NCBI RefSeq assembly: GCF_009914755.1
Contig: NC_060931.1
Source: the human T2T-CHM13v2.0 reference genome, Homo sapiens
Length of the DNA stretch: 64,000 nt
Direction: 5' to 3' (one strand)
Shown here: positions 60,961 through 64,000 of the stretch, in pieces
How the letters are laid out: each line of letters starts with the position of its first letter
Numbering within the stretch: the first letter of the stretch is position 1
Translations under genes and position numbers: made by a program
Notes under the pieces: model-generated
Databases searched by the model: none
What the model was told of the DNA's origin: nothing
What the model saw: only the letters and a program-made list of their open reading frames with translations

Positions 60961-61749
60961 GGCTAATAACGTTTTGATGGCAAGATTTGGACACTGCTTG
61001 TGCTTATGGCTTTGGGCTATCTCTGCAAGCCCTTTCAGTGAACAGACCTGGGAATATATGGATACGGATGTGTGTGTGTACTGTGGTTACCATGTGTGTT
61101 TATCACAATCAGGCACTGAGTGAACGACAGGAAAACAACCAAAGACACAGCTGGAAAATACATAGTTTCTTTAATAACCATGGATGTGGAAACACAGAGA
61201 CTGTTACATAGTGCTGGGGAAAATATAACATGTTCCCCAGAGTTTCACGGTGGGGTGGGGGGCAGTGGGCGAAACTACCTGTGAGGAGAAAAGCTTGTAC
61301 TTATTGCAAAGCATTTTGTGCCATTTAGTTGTTGCAAAGCCATTTTGTGCCAGAAAGCTTCTACTTATCACAAGAAGTTCCTTTTGCCACATTCACGTCT
61401 GAAGGAGTGGGTGGGAAGGACCCCATCCTCCCACACACCTGACATTTCTGGAGACTCCTGCGACAGACATCCTCCTTGCTCCTGAGGTGCAGGTCAAGCC
61501 CAGAGCATTTGGCAGTATTTGCTGTGATGCTGGGTTAGACAAAGGCAACCGTCCCAGGAGCATCTCCCACTGACCCAGATTTCTGTCTGTTTCAGTGAAA
61601 CTGTAGATCATAACCACACTTTGTACTTAATCACAAAATAGTTCTGGTGTTTTAGGAAGCTTTTGGCCTAGAAATGAAAAAATTTTTATAGAGCGAAAAA
61701 ATTTTATATAGCAAAAAAATTGTTAACAGCTTTCTTTTATAATCCAAAA

Positions 61750-62548
<799 letters not shown>

Positions 62549-62735
62549 TAAGCTTAGAAGTAGCAGCCTCTTCAGCTGGGGTGGGTGACAGTGGTAGGGA
62601 GGCCATCCTGGCCATGTGCCCAGGGCAGTTATGAGTGCTTCATGTCTTGTGTTAGGGGATGACAGAGTACCCTCTGGGATGCACACCTAGACACAACTGA
62701 CGACTGCCCTTTTTATTCCATTTTTGTCGTTACAG

Positions 62736-62843
62736 GAAAAGTCTTGCACGAGGAGCATGTTGAACTCTTGATGGAGGAATTCGCTTTCCTGAAAAAAGAA
62801 GTGGTGGGGAAAGACCTGCTGAAAGGGTCGCTCCTCTTCACAG
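62736..62843 (+). CDS. BLVRA: BLVRA exon 6 (108 nt, phase 1-1); gene continues beyond the window
   Basis: tgtcgttacag|GA AAA GTC...; [35 protein letters not shown]; donor CAG|GTCAGT. Confidence 0.97.
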
Positions 62844-63199
62844 GTCAGTGCTACGTGGGATCACAGGTCACATGTGAGGTCCAAAGACCAGCCAGATTCT
62901 TTCCTGGCTCTCTGGGATGGGAGCTTATATTCATTTCTGCTCAAGACTCTCTGACTCAGGGCCACTTAATTTTCCCAGATGGGATTTAATTCCTTGGTGG
63001 CCCTTGGGTAAAGAGTATATTAGAAATCTCAAGCATATTTGTGCTCTGTCCCAACCTATTAACTAGTTGGAGATTATTTTTCAACAGGAAGTTGTACATT
63101 AAAACTCTTTTAAAAGGATGAGAGGTGCTTGGAGAGGAGAACATTTTTATACTTCCTTGCAAAGCAAATATAATATGAAGAGCTCCCTTCCTCCTCTAG

Positions 63200-63565
<366 letters not shown>

Positions 63566-64000
63566 TGACCACAGTATCTGATCTGTATTTGTAGCTGTTT
63601 ACTTGATGTTGGTCACTCTTTGAGCAGCTCCGTTAGCAATAGGAAATGGGCATGCAGGAAGCTCCTGCTCTTGTGGCCACTTTTGGATGGGCTCCTTCTC
63701 TGGCCGTATCGTTGGGCACCTGGGCCACCATTCCTGAGGGCTTTCATTACAGAAAGGAGACCCTGACATGGCCTGGCATTTTTGCACGGTAAAGCCACTG
63801 ATACATAGTAGAACCTCATTTCAAAATCTGTCTTCATCCTTGAAAATGGTAATATAATGAGAGTACAAACCATTAATTTGTACAAGAAACTGTGTTAAGT
63901 AAGTTAAGTACAAGTAACTGTGATGTGCATTAATCCATATGACAATCCTATAAAGTGGTATTCACTACCCCCATTATACAGATAAACTGAAGTTCAGAGG

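Noticed and set aside
62744-62989. 81-aa [12 protein letters not shown]... as a separate gene
   Set aside because: It is BLVRA exon 6 read through into the intron; the start is a TTG (Leu) codon.

Overview
Human (or very close hominid) genomic DNA, not prokaryotic. I recognise it as the 5' part of BLVRA (biliverdin reductase A) on the + strand. It contains a CpG-island promoter with non-coding exon 1 (donor at 21004), a 33-nt ATG-bearing exon 2, and coding exons 3-6 encoding residues 1-153 ([27 protein letters not shown]...[11 protein letters not shown]). The remaining exons lie beyond the window. The rest is mostly interspersed repeat: about 45-50 Alus, one full-length antisense L1PA3/4-type LINE-1 in intron 2, MER52, MLT2A, MST, THE1 and MLT1 LTRs, old L1/L2/MIR pieces, DNA transposon fossils, and a VMA21 processed pseudogene in intron 1. 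Nearly all other ORFs in the supplied track are repeat translations or chance ORFs. I see no convincing new standalone biological system. The best leads are testable hypotheses: (1) the L1 antisense promoter and an open, extended ORF0 point in the BLVRA direction and have phase-0 donors in frame with exon 3; (2) a sense MLT2A1-type LTR with DUX4-like motifs and a GTAAGT donor sits 5.5 kb upstream; (3) a ~170-bp fold-back inverted duplication lies in intron 1; (4) exon 3 has three extra in-frame acceptors, and exon 4 has a NAGNAG at the Ser44-Arg45-Arg46 motif. Repeat family names come from my recall of consensus sequences, and repeat boundaries are approximate unless a TSD is given.
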